This document shows positions 24,043 to 33,449 of a DNA stretch of 64,000 nucleotides, piece after piece. A program made the position numbers and the translations under genes. The stretch is from positions 676,570 through 740,569 of the forward strand of contig CAWGMA010000004.1 of the NCBI GenBank assembly GCA_963823555.1, in the 5' to 3' direction. Below the pieces are notes generated by a model. The model made no database searches and was not told where the DNA came from. It saw nothing but the letters and a program-made list of their open reading frames with translations. Source of the stretch: Candidatus Eiseniibacteriota bacterium (lineage in GTDB: Bacteria > Eisenbacteria > RBG-16-71-46 > CAVPCR01). The first letter of the stretch is position 1. Each line of letters starts with the position of its first letter.

Positions 24043-25300
24043 GCGTTCTCCGTGCGCCGCGCCGCCGACCGGGAAGAGGCGCGAGTCGGCGAGCGCGGCC
24101 TTGAGCACCAGGGTCGCGGCGCCGACCGCCACGGCCTGCGGTGCCGAGCTCGCTGGTCCGGATCTCGGCGGCGGCGACCGAGCTGACGAGCGTGCGGCCG
24201 CGAACCGTCTCGCGCAGCGGCTCGAGCAGCAGCTCGCCGAGCCGCGCGAGCCCGCCGCCGAGGATCACGAGCGACGGGTTCATGAGGTTGAGCAGACCGG
24301 CGACGGCGATGCCCAGGTGCTCCGCGGCTTCCCGCACCACCTGCAGCGCCAGCGGATCGCCGGCGAGCGCCGCGTCCTCGATGGAGGTCGATGGTGAGCC
24401 CGTTGCCGGCGAGCGCTGCTTTCGGGGTGATCGGCGGAGCAGCGACGCGCGCGCGCTCCACCAGCGCCGGCGCGCCGACCAGGGTGGCGAGGCAGCCGCG
24501 CAGCCCGCAGATGCAGGGCTCGCCGTGCGGATCGATGGCCAGGTGTCCGATCTCGCCGGCGACGCCGGTGGCGCCGCGGTAGATCTCGCCGCCGATGACG
24601 TGACCCGAGCCGATCGCCGGTGGCGACCTTGATGTAGGCGAAGTCGTCGACGCCGCGCCCGGCGCCCCACCAGTGCTCGGCCAGCGCGCCGAGGTTGGCG
24701 TCGTTGTCGACGAGGAGCGGCACGCCGAAGCGCGCGCGCAGCGCCTCGAGCCCGCTCTCGCCCCGCCACTCGGGAAGCACGACCTCCGAGAGCCGGTCGG
24801 GATGCGAGGGATCGACCGGGCTGGGGACGGCGACGCCGATGCCGACCAGGCGCTGCTGGCCGCTTCCGGCGTCGCGCAGGCAGGCGTCGCAGAGCTCGGC
24901 GATGAGGGCTCGCGTGCCCTCGGGATCGGTGCGCACCGGGTGATCGCGGTGCTCGCCAGGCGAGCACGCGGCCGCGCAGATCGGTGAGCGCCACCGCGAC
25001 GTGGGCCGCGCCCATCTCGACGCCGAGGATGCGCAGGCGTCGTCCTGGAACTCGAGCACGATCGGCCGGCGGCCGCCGCGCGAGCGGGCCGGCGCCGACC
25101 TCGGCGACCAGCCCGGTCGGCGAGGAGGCTGCCGACGATCTCCGAGACCGTGGAGCGCGAGAGATCGGCGCGCCGGGCGATCTCGGCGCGCGAGATCTGG
25201 CGCTCGTGCCAGATCAGCCGCAGCACCGAGTCGGCGAGGGGGCGCGCGCGGGTCGGATCGGCTCGCTCGGCCCTCCTGGTGCGTGGCTCGCTGGCGCTCG
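24039..25300 (-). CDS. ROK-family transcriptional repressor (XylR/NagC-like; start approximate)
   Basis: HTH ISRAEIARRADLSRSTVSEIV; GGRRP; VDNDANLGALAE; GEIGH..CICG.RGCL zinc motif; LMNPSLVILGG. Confidence 0.9.
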
Positions 25301-25312
25301 ATGGCTGCGAAC

Positions 25313-26674
25313 CTACCTGTGGAAGTACACGTTGTCGATGTACGCGGTGCTCGTGTCGCCCGAGATGATGAGCTGGGCGAGATGCGCCCGGCTCGTGAGG
25401 CCAGTGAACTCGCCAGCGGGATGTCGAGGCTGACCCATGTCGCCGTGACGAGCGGGGGCGTGGTGGCGGCGTTGAACGTGAGCTCGTGCTCGCTGTCATC
25501 GCCGCCGCCGAAGATCGCCGTCCGCGCCGAAGTCGACGAGCTTGACCCGGAAGACGTTGCCCTCGGGCACCCAGACGTCGAGATGGAAGTGCGTCATCGC
25601 CGTGGCGTCGATGGTCTCGGTCGCGAACTCGATGCCCGCGTAGATGAGGTTCGTGTAGACCTTGACGTCGTCCCCGGCGATCTCGAGGTCGGTGACGTCG
25701 GCCAGGTCCCAGCCCGCCGACCAGGTGTCGACGGGGACATCGCTGTAGACGTTGCTGAAGAGCGAGATGACATCCGCGGCGGGAAGCGTCGGCGCCGGCG
25801 CCGGCGTGTCGGGCGGGGCGATGGCCATCACGTTCACCTCCCCGGTCGCCTCGACCGTGCCGAGCTTGGCGGTGATGACGGCGCTGCCGCCTCCGACCAC
25901 CCGGATCTCGCCCTCGGTCGTGAGGGCCACGCTCTCGTCGGAAGAGATGTAGGTGAAGTAGCCGGGCATGTGAGCGATGGTCTCGTCGGTTCCGTCGACG
26001 TCGAAGATGGTCTCGGTGCCGTCGATGGGCACGGTGGCCCCGACGAAAGCGCTCACCTCCCGCGATTCCATGCTCGGCCGCGGGTTGGTGATCGTGCCGA
26101 CCTTCTCGAACATGATCTCGTCGAACCAGACCTGGTGGCCTTCGTTGCCCTCGGGTCCTTCGGCGAAGAAGAAGAGCCCGCGCTCGGACGCGAGTCGCGC
26201 CGGGAGCGGGATCGGGATCACGTACTTCGTCCAGGTCGTGGTGAGCGGGATGCGGCTCCAGCTGGCCTCGTACTTCGAGGTGCCGGTGTTGTCGTTGCCG
26301 AGCCCGGCGATGTCGAGCGTCGTGGGCTTGCTCGACTTGGCCCAGAAGGTCAGGGCGTCGTAGCCCGAGAGGTCCCGCACGACGTCGGCGGTGAAGGCGC
26401 CGCCGGCGTAGCCGCCGTCCGGATCGCCGGCGCGGGGGATCTCGACCCGGAGCGACGCGGTGCCCTCGTAGGCCTCGTTCGTGTCGATGAAGACGGCGTC
26501 GAGGTTGGAGCCGAGGAAGGCCTGGAACTCGACCGCGCCGGTGAAGCCGTCCTGGAAGACGATGGGGTCGGTGCTCAGCGGGTAGGGCTTGAGTCCCGAG
26601 GTGTCGCGCTCGCAGCCCGCAGCCAGGATGGCGAAGAGGGCCAGCGTGGCAGTCACCGGAGGCGAGTATCTCAT
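25313..26674 (-). CDS. Surface lipoprotein with CBM/Ig-like domains (putative glycan-binding protein)
   Basis: Lipobox LAAGC; DLSGYDALTFWAK; Big_2-like SSDESVA; PAADVISLFSNVY; ends YIDNVYFHR*. Confidence 0.7.
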
Positions 26675-26772
26675 CGTCGTTCCTTGGATCGGGCTCCGGC
26701 GTGAAGGCCGGGATCCAGTCGGGCCAGACCGGCTGGCGGGTCGTAAGCGGCCACCGTGCCAGCCATTCCAGC

Positions 26773-26821
26773 TTTGTTCGGCCTGCGAGCAAAGTATGCG
26801 GGGGCGGTGGCTGATTGTCAA
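26773..26821 (-). promoter_or_regulatory. Sigma70 promoter TTGACA-N17-CATACT with adjacent ROK operator
   Basis: Minus-strand TTGACA at 26816-26821 and CATACT at 26793-26798; operator TTTGTTCG-GCCTG-CGAGCAAA at 26773-26793. Confidence 0.7.
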
Positions 26822-26995
26822 GCACGCCGCTCGCGGCACCGGGCCGGCATGGAGGGCCGGGCCATGCCTTCACCGGCGGGGGGGGAATCCCACGAGATCC
26901 GGGAGCCGGAAGGGATGGGACAGGAACCTGGATCCCGATGGCTTGGATATGCTCCACGAGCTGCACGGCCCCGTGAACGAGAACAGGATCAGCGC

Positions 26996-27025
26996 GCATG
27001 ACGTCACGCTGCATGACGTCACGCT
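26996..27025. repeat. Perfect 15-bp tandem duplication GCATGACGTCACGCT containing the palindrome TGACGTCA
   Basis: Read directly from the sequence, in the divergent intergenic region. Confidence 0.85.
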
Positions 27026-27120
27026 GCCCCGGGGGGCGCATTCGCCGGCGTCGCGATGCGTGCTAGACTCAAACCGGAATCACATTCCGCCGGCTCCGGG
27101 CTCTTGCATCTGGAGGCGTC

Positions 27121-28128
27121 ATGAAGGCTTCCGCCCTTTGCGTCCTCGTCTCGACCGCTTGTCTGCTGTTCCAGGTCCCCGTAGCCCGCGCCACCTTCTC
27201 CATCGCTGCCGTCGACCTCCAGACCGGAGAGGTGGGAAGCGCCGGAGCCTCATGCATCTCGGGCTCCATCATTCTGAGCGATGTGCATCCAGGCGTCGGC
27301 GTGATCCATACCCAGGCCTACTGGAACTCCCAGAACCAGCAGAACGCCCGCAACCTCATGAACCAGGGCTGGTCGCCCGAGGAGATCATCGACTGGCTGG
27401 TGGCCAACGATGCCCAGGGCAATCCCACCATCCGGCAGTACGCGATCGCCGATCTCCCCGCGGGTGGGCGGAGTGCCGGTTACACCGGAACCAACTGCAC
27501 GAACTGGAAGGGGCACCTGACCGGTCCCGGCTACGCCATCGCCGGCAACATTCTCCTCGGTCCCGAGATCATCGCCGACATGGAAACGGCCTTCCAGAAC
27601 ACACCGGGTGCTCTGGCGTTCCGGCTCATGGCGGCGCTCCAGGCCGCCAACGTGCCCGGAGCGGACACGCGCTGCCTGGCGAACAACAAGCCTGCGATCT
27701 CGGCGTTCATCCGGGTCGCGCGTCCAGGTGATGTCCCGGGGAGCTTCTTCCTCGACCTCAACGTCAGTTCGACGACCGCGACTCAGAACCCGATCGACAT
27801 CCTTCAGGATCTGTTCGACGCCTGGACGACCACCGCCGTGCCCTCCGAGGTGCCGGCACCGGCGGCCGTCGCGCTGCGCGAGGCCGATCCCAACCCCTTC
27901 AATGCGGCAACGATGCTGAGCTTCGAGCTATCCACGGCCACTCGCGTGCGTCTGGCCATCTATGACGCCACCGGTCGCGAGATTGCGGTCCTCATCGATG
28001 AGGCAAGGAACGCGGGCGAACATGATCTCCAGTGGCGACCGGGCCCGCTGGTCGGCAGCGGCGTCTACTTCGCGCGGCTGGTGGCCGGAGGCACCTCGAC
28101 CTCGTGTCGGCTCGTGGTCCTGAGATAG
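27121..28128 (+). CDS. DUF1028 (Ntn-hydrolase-like) secreted protein with FlgD-Ig CTD
   Basis: Signal ARA|TFSIAAVD..TGEVGSAGAS; PGVGVIHTQA; RQY; AGNIL; GADTRC; PNPFN CTD. Confidence 0.8.
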   Translation: MKASALCVLVSTACLLFQVPVARATFSIAAVDLQTGEVGSAGASCISGSIILSDVHPGVGVIHTQAYWNSQNQQNARNLMNQGWSPEEIIDWLVANDAQGNPTIRQYAIADLPAGGRSAGYTGTNCTNWKGHLTGPGYAIAGNILLGPEIIADMETAFQNTPGALAFRLMAALQAANVPGADTRCLANNKPAISAFIRVARPGDVPGSFFLDLNVSSTTATQNPIDILQDLFDAWTTTAVPSEVPAPAAVALREADPNPFNAATMLSFELSTATRVRLAIYDATGREIAVLIDEARNAGEHDLQWRPGPLVGSGVYFARLVAGGTSTSCRLVVLR

Positions 28129-28146
28129 CGCTCGTACTCAGCCGGC

Positions 28147-28305
28147 ATGATCGCCGCGGGCGCAGTTGCACTCGGCGATGCGCCCACCTCGATGATCGTG
28201 GCCAAGGATGACGGAAGCGTCGTCTACGCACGGGTCACGATCGTCGAGCAGCCGCTCGCGGTCGACCAGACGTCGTGGGGCTCGATCAAGTCGATCTATC
28301 GATAG
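28147..28305 (+). pseudogene. Orphan C-terminal fragment ending in the SWGxIK motif
   Basis: Translates MIAAGAVALGDAPTSMIVAKDDGSVVYARVTIVEQPLAVDQTSWGSIKSIYR*; in frame with the upstream gene after its TAG. Confidence 0.6.
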
Positions 28306-28416
28306 GTCTGGCCCGCCGTCATGCTGCAATGGGGTCCGAGTTTCGGCTCGGACCCCATTGCTTTGCTCTTCGGCAACCAGGAGAGCCAGTAGGTATACCT
28401 TCGTGATCGGGGCAGG

Positions 28417-29412
28417 TCACGGCTCAGCGACCGGGTTCCACGTCGAGTCCGGGTTGTAGCGGTCCATCGCGCGGAACTCGTCCACCGTCTTCGGCCCGAG
28501 GTCCTTCTCGTAGACGATGCCGCTTGGCCCGACGATGAAGGTCATGACACCGGTGACCTCGTAGTCGGCTGGCGCCGCGACGAGGGCGAAGCCGCCGATC
28601 ATCACGTCCCTGCACCACGAAGTCCATCTCACCCAGCGGAGCGGCCGGGCCCTGGCCCGTGAGGACCTTGAAGTAGTAGCCATGGAAGGGCTCGTAGCCG
28701 GTCGCTGTAGCCCTCGGCGATGAACCGTGCGATGCCTTCGCCTACCGGCCCCTGCCACGTGCCATCCGCGGCCCGCCACGCCAATCCATCCTGCTTCCCG
28801 GGGGTGCTCATGATGCGCTGCGCGTACTGGTTCACGAGCGCGCCGTCGCGCTTCTGCGAGGCATACTCGTGCTGGGCCTCGACGTACCCGCGGCACACCT
28901 CGATGGCGTCCAGCTCGTTCCTGCCGATGCGGCGAAGGAGGATCTCCTCATGTCCCGCCTCGGAATCGAACCGCCAGCGGCCGTCCTCCTCGACGATCGG
29001 GATCGGTAGCGGCCAGTCATCCGTCCCCACGGACAGGATGGCGGCCCGCGGGTTCTCTGGATCCCGGTCGACCCGGGTCTGCTTGCGGGCCTCCGCGGCG
29101 AAGGCGGTGCACTGGTTCTTGTCCAGCACCGCGTCCGCGGTGACCACGAGGTCCACGCCCTCCGGCCCGAGGATCTCCTTCAAAGCCGGAACGTCGAAGC
29201 GCTCGGCAGCGATGATCAGAGCCTCTGCCGCCTCCTCGGGCGTCTTGAACGTCTTCTGCTGGACCGCGGAGGCGACCGCGGGCGTTTCCGCGGGTTCCGA
29301 GGCACACGCAACCGGCGACAGGGGGACGCCCACGCGACCCCCAGGCACAGCCCGATGACCGCGACACGGTCGCGGAGCCAGGAGAACGGCCGATCGTCTG
29401 CTGGGACATCAT
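28417..29412 (-). CDS. DUF2950 family protein (frameshifted)
   Basis: FKTPEEAAEAL, DDWPLPIPIV, RRIGRNELDAI, YAQRIMSTPGKQDGL, GVMTFIV..GIVYEKDLG, YNPDSTW. Confidence 0.85.
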
Positions 29413-29417
29413 TGCGC

Positions 29418-30744
29418 TCACCTCCGACCTCCGCCGCCCGACCACCACCGCCGCCCCGCGACCCCATGCTGGAGGCAGCCGCGCGAGCTGCAGGCCCGGG
29501 CGCTGCTTCCGCTGTAACCGCCTGGAACCGCCGCTGAAGCCGTTGCTCGGCCTCGATCCGCTGCTCTTCGGGATGTCACGGCTGCCGATCTGGTCCCCGC
29601 CGCCGCTCGCGGCGGTTGCTGCGGCCGCTGCGGCGCTTCCACCGCGGTTCGCGGTGGTCGGCCCGGCGGCGCCTGCGCTTCGAGCCGCGGGCCGTCGAGC
29701 GGCGCTCGCGCCCCGGTTGCCTGCGGGCTGCTGAGCGGCGCTGCGCCCCGGTTGCCTGCGGGCTGGTCTGAGCGGCGTCCGCCCGGTTGCCTGCGGGCTG
29801 CTGGCGGCGCTTGCCGATTGCGGGCGCGGCACCACGCGTCGAACCGCCGTACTTGGTCGCGGTCGCTTGTCCCCGTAGGGGGCTCGCCCCGCGATGCTCG
29901 GGGATTGTGCTGCCAGTTGCCGCCCCACCCTGGCCGCCGTAATGTTGATCTGGTTGAAGTTGTTGTTCACGTTGATGTAGATGTCGTTCCCTCCCCAACC
30001 GCAACCGCAGCAGGGCCGCCCCAGCGGCCGCGCCCCACATGACACCGACGCTGAAGGCGACGAAGGCGGCGCCCGGAGGGGGTGGAGGCGGGTAGTAGAT
30101 CGGCGGATACGGGTAGACGGGCGGGCCGTAGACGACCACCGGGCTGTAGGTCGGCACGTAGATCACTTCGGGGTTCGTGGACTGCACGACGATGACCGTG
30201 TCCTGCTCGACGACCGGCGTCTCGACCTTCTGCTGCTCGTTGGACTCCAGGGCGCCGTTGTCCTTGGCCTTCTTCCGCATCCGCTGCACGGCGTCCATGA
30301 CGTCGGCCTGCTGCGCGAGGAAGGCGTTCCCGAGCTCCGTCGTCCACTGGATGTCGTCCGCGAGCCGCTTCACGACTTCGGGGACCGCGGCCATCGACTG
30401 GATGCTCGGGTCCCAGGGCTGCTTCGCGACCGCATCGGCCAGCGCCTTGTCCTTCAGGTCCGGGTTCTTCGCCAGCCATTGCTGGAGCTGGATGATCTCG
30501 AGCGGGTAGGTGGACGCGACGAGCGTCTGCGCCAGGAGACGTCGGGGTAGAGCGCGATCGGCGCCACCAGCGACTCGAGCTGTTCCGGAGGAACCTGCGC
30601 CGCTTCCGCCGCATCGGCCGGCGCCGGGGCCTCCTGAGCCAGGACCCCGCCTTCAACGAGCAAGAACAGGAGCACGAAACCGATCGCCAGCAGGTCTTGC
30701 CAGGAACGGTTCCATGATCGCGATCGCGAAGTCGCTGACTTCAT
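29418..30744 (-). CDS. DUF3300 family protein with a Gly/Arg-rich tail (frameshifted)
   Basis: EQLESLVAPIALYPD, WDPSIQSM, WTTELGNAFLAQQADVMDAVQRMR, VIYVPTY; QPAGNR repeats; ends GGGRR*. Confidence 0.85.
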
Positions 30745-31058
30745 GACGGTGGACTCCTTCGCGCCGGGATCGCGCGCGGATTTCGAGCTTTCAAACCTCG
30801 GTAGCATACGGCAATTCGGACGGGAAGCGCAAATGGCGGCCTACTCGACCGTCGGTGCGGGAACTCAGTGCGGACTCGGATATGTGTCAGTCCCCCCCCT
30901 GCAGGACTCGCGTCCCTTGCTTGTCTGCAAGGGACTCTATAGACTGCTGTTGACTGCTGCAAAGGTTGCTGCTCGCCTACCGGTCTTGCCGCCCGGCGCA
31001 GACAGAAGCGCGGGGGTCGGATCTGCCTCGAAGTGGAGTGCGGAACAAAGGCGCTTCA

Positions 31059-31856
31059 ATGAAGAACCAGACTGCTGCAAAGATCCAGACGAATTCCTTG
31101 ATGGCGAGAACGCTTTGGTCGAGCCTGGCGGTGATCGTGCTGTTCTCGGTTGCGACCGCGGTTCCTGCAGCCGCCCAGGAGTCGACGCCGGCCGCCACGC
31201 CGGCCGCCACACCGGCCGCGCCGCCTTCGTCTGCCGACCGCATCGCGGCATTGAAGACGTCGCTCCAAGCGGGTCTCGCCAAGCAGCGGAACTACGAGTG
31301 GATCGAAGCCACCGCCGTCTCGATGAAGGGCGAGGAGAAGTCCCGCACGCAGAAGCGCTGTTACTACGGCGCCGACGGCAAGCTCGAGAAAGTCCCGGTC
31401 GAGGCCAAGCAAGAGTCAGGCGGCAAGTCGCCGCGCGGCGTTCGCGGCAAGGCCGTGGAGAACAAGAAGGAAGACATCGGGGACGCGATGAAGCAGGCGG
31501 TTGCTCTCATGCAGGAGTATGTCCCGCCGGATCCCGCCCGGATCCAGGCAGCCAAGGAGGCAGGCAAGCTCGCGTTCACTCCCCCCGACCAGTCCGGGCA
31601 GGTCCAGATGAAGATCAGCGATTACCTGAAGCCGGGTGACTCGATGACCATCAGCCTCGATGCGACGGAGAACTCCGTGCTCGGCATCGCGGTCCATTCG
31701 TACTTGAAGGAAGCGGAAGAAGTGGTGACCATGAAGACCACCATGGGCACCCTCGGCGACGGCACCATCTATGCGGCGACCACCACCCTGGACGTCCAGA
31801 GCGAGAATCTCACGGTCGCCATTGAGAACAGCGGCTACAAGAAGATGACACCCTGA
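31059..31856 (+). CDS. Hypothetical exported protein
   Basis: Signal-like hydrophobic stretch ..PAAA|QE; ATPA linker; intact ORF. Confidence 0.7.
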   Translation: MKNQTAAKIQTNSLMARTLWSSLAVIVLFSVATAVPAAAQESTPAATPAATPAAPPSSADRIAALKTSLQAGLAKQRNYEWIEATAVSMKGEEKSRTQKRCYYGADGKLEKVPVEAKQESGGKSPRGVRGKAVENKKEDIGDAMKQAVALMQEYVPPDPARIQAAKEAGKLAFTPPDQSGQVQMKISDYLKPGDSMTISLDATENSVLGIAVHSYLKEAEEVVTMKTTMGTLGDGTIYAATTTLDVQSENLTVAIENSGYKKMTP

Positions 31857-31889
31857 CCAGGTTCGCGTCCCGGGCAGTGATAATCGGCT

Positions 31890-32050
31890 CGGTCGGTACG
31901 ATTGCTCGACAACGTCGTTGACGGCGTCTTCTTGCCTGGTCTCCATCGCGTTCGGTGGCTGGCGTCAGAGCGGCAGCATCTCCCGGCGGGAGCCTATTAC
32001 GTGACTCTCGATGCGGAAGGGGCGAGGCGCACGGAACGCCTCATCATCCC
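31890..32050 (+). pseudogene. Degenerate remnant of an FlgD/T9SS-like CTD
   Basis: VVDGVFLPGLHRVRW..LPAGAYYVTLDAEG..TERLII resembles the other CTD tails; no N-terminal part. Confidence 0.5.
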
Positions 32051-32085
32051 TGCATGGATTGTGGCCGTTCCTACGTGCTCTGCGA

Positions 32086-32477
32086 CTCCGGGTGCACAGG
32101 CCCCGGAGCCGTAGGCGTTTTTGCGCGCGTTCCAGCCGCCGCCCTAGCCGCCACCCCAGCCCCCGCCACTCAAGATTCCTGTTCGGATCGCGCGCCACCC
32201 TCGTTGATTCATTGGTAGATCTCGAGTCGTCCGGCGAGGCCGACGGTGGCTCCCGGGCGCAGTTGCTCCAAGCCAGGGAAGGGGGGCCGTACCATGTATC
32301 TCCTGGCTCGATCCCGCCCGGCCTTCGGGCCGTGGCTCTTTTTGTTTCTATTCGTTGTCTTCGCGGCAGGGTGCCAGGACGGCTCGGGGCCGGGTCTGGC
32401 GACCGGGCCCGAGGCTCAGTCGACCCTGGACAAGAAGCCCCCGCAACCCCCGCCGACGCCGGCCGATCCGGCCATCG
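32086..32477 (+). repeat. Dispersed duplication, copy 1 (leader plus lipoprotein N-terminus); copy 2 at about 41977-42355
   Basis: Long near-identical runs, e.g. GCAGGGTGCCAGGACGGCTCGGGGCCGGGTCTGGCGACCGGGCCCGAGGCTCAGTCG. Confidence 0.9.
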
Positions 32478-33320
32478 TCTTCAACGGCGTGGATGGCCTC
32501 ACGGTCATGAACGCCGACGGAACGAATGCTAAGGCGATCCTGGCCGCAGGTAGTCAAGGGCCTTCATGGTCACCCGGCGGGGATGCCATTGTCCTCGACG
32601 GCAAACTGGATGGTGTAGGGGGTATCTGGCGCGTCGACGTTCGTGTCGTCGCTGGAGTCCCAGTCGCCACGGATGCCAGGATGCTCGTTGAAGGTCCGAA
32701 CGATGGCCTGACTGGCCTCATCCGGCCTGCATGGTCACCGGTTGTTCCACCTTGGTCGTCCAACGGCGAGCAGATCGCCTACACGCGGAATGGGGTAGGA
32801 GGCACGCCCCTCGAGTTCAGGAGGATCGAGGTCGTTCCCGCGGAGGGAGGCGACCCGGTGATCCTTTACACGTCGGCGTCCGGGGCGGCGCTTGATCAAG
32901 TGACCTGGCGCAGCGATGCCACGCAGATCGCCTTCACCGAAGGTGGAGCCATTCGCGTTCTCGACATCGCATCCGGGCAGGCGACGACGGTTCTCGATGC
33001 CTCCTGGGGCCAGCAGGTGGGGGGAGGCGCCGACTTACCTCGACTGGGCGCGCACCCAGGACGTGTTGGTGTTCCATGCTGGCCCATCGGGGCGGAATGG
33101 CTATGGAGCCGTCTACATCATGTCATTGCCAAGCGGCACGCCGACCTTCGTCGTTGGCGGGGTCCGGCGCGATGAGGCGGTCACGCCCTCCTGGTCTCCT
33201 GATGATAGCGAGATCGTCTTCTCGCGAGACTGGAACGAGCTCCAGAAGGTGAACGTGGCGACAGGGGTGATCACACGCCTCGGGATCGACGGGAAGTTCC
33301 CCGACTGGCGGCGGTTCTAG
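32294..33320 (+). CDS. TolB-like (PD40) beta-propeller lipoprotein, paralog 1 (one frameshift near 33025)
   Basis: Lipobox FAAGC; MNADGTN; repeated PSWSP/PAWSP; ends PDWRRF*. Confidence 0.8.
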
Positions 33321-33449
33321 CTAGCGAGGCCAGCCGAATCGGCGAGCCTCCTCCTTCGGCGTGGGAACCGCTAAAGGAAGGGGCCCGAAAGAGGTCGCAT
33401 ACTGCGGCAGTCGATTTGCGATATCGACTGCAAGAAGGGAGAGAACATC

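Noticed and set aside
12899..25500. Mass pseudogenisation or programmed frameshifting of the glucan locus (also czcA and the GT4 gene)
   Set aside because: Indels are dense and regional while catalytic motifs stay intact, which is typical of low-coverage long-read error.
18343..27041. Very long ORFs of 1041 aa (18343-21468) and 1000 aa (24039-27041)
   Set aside because: They are patchworks of several real genes joined by frameshifts in GC-rich DNA with few stop codons.
29690..29812. GGTTGCCTGCGGGCTG triple repeat
   Set aside because: It encodes QPAGNR low-complexity repeats in the DUF3300 tail.
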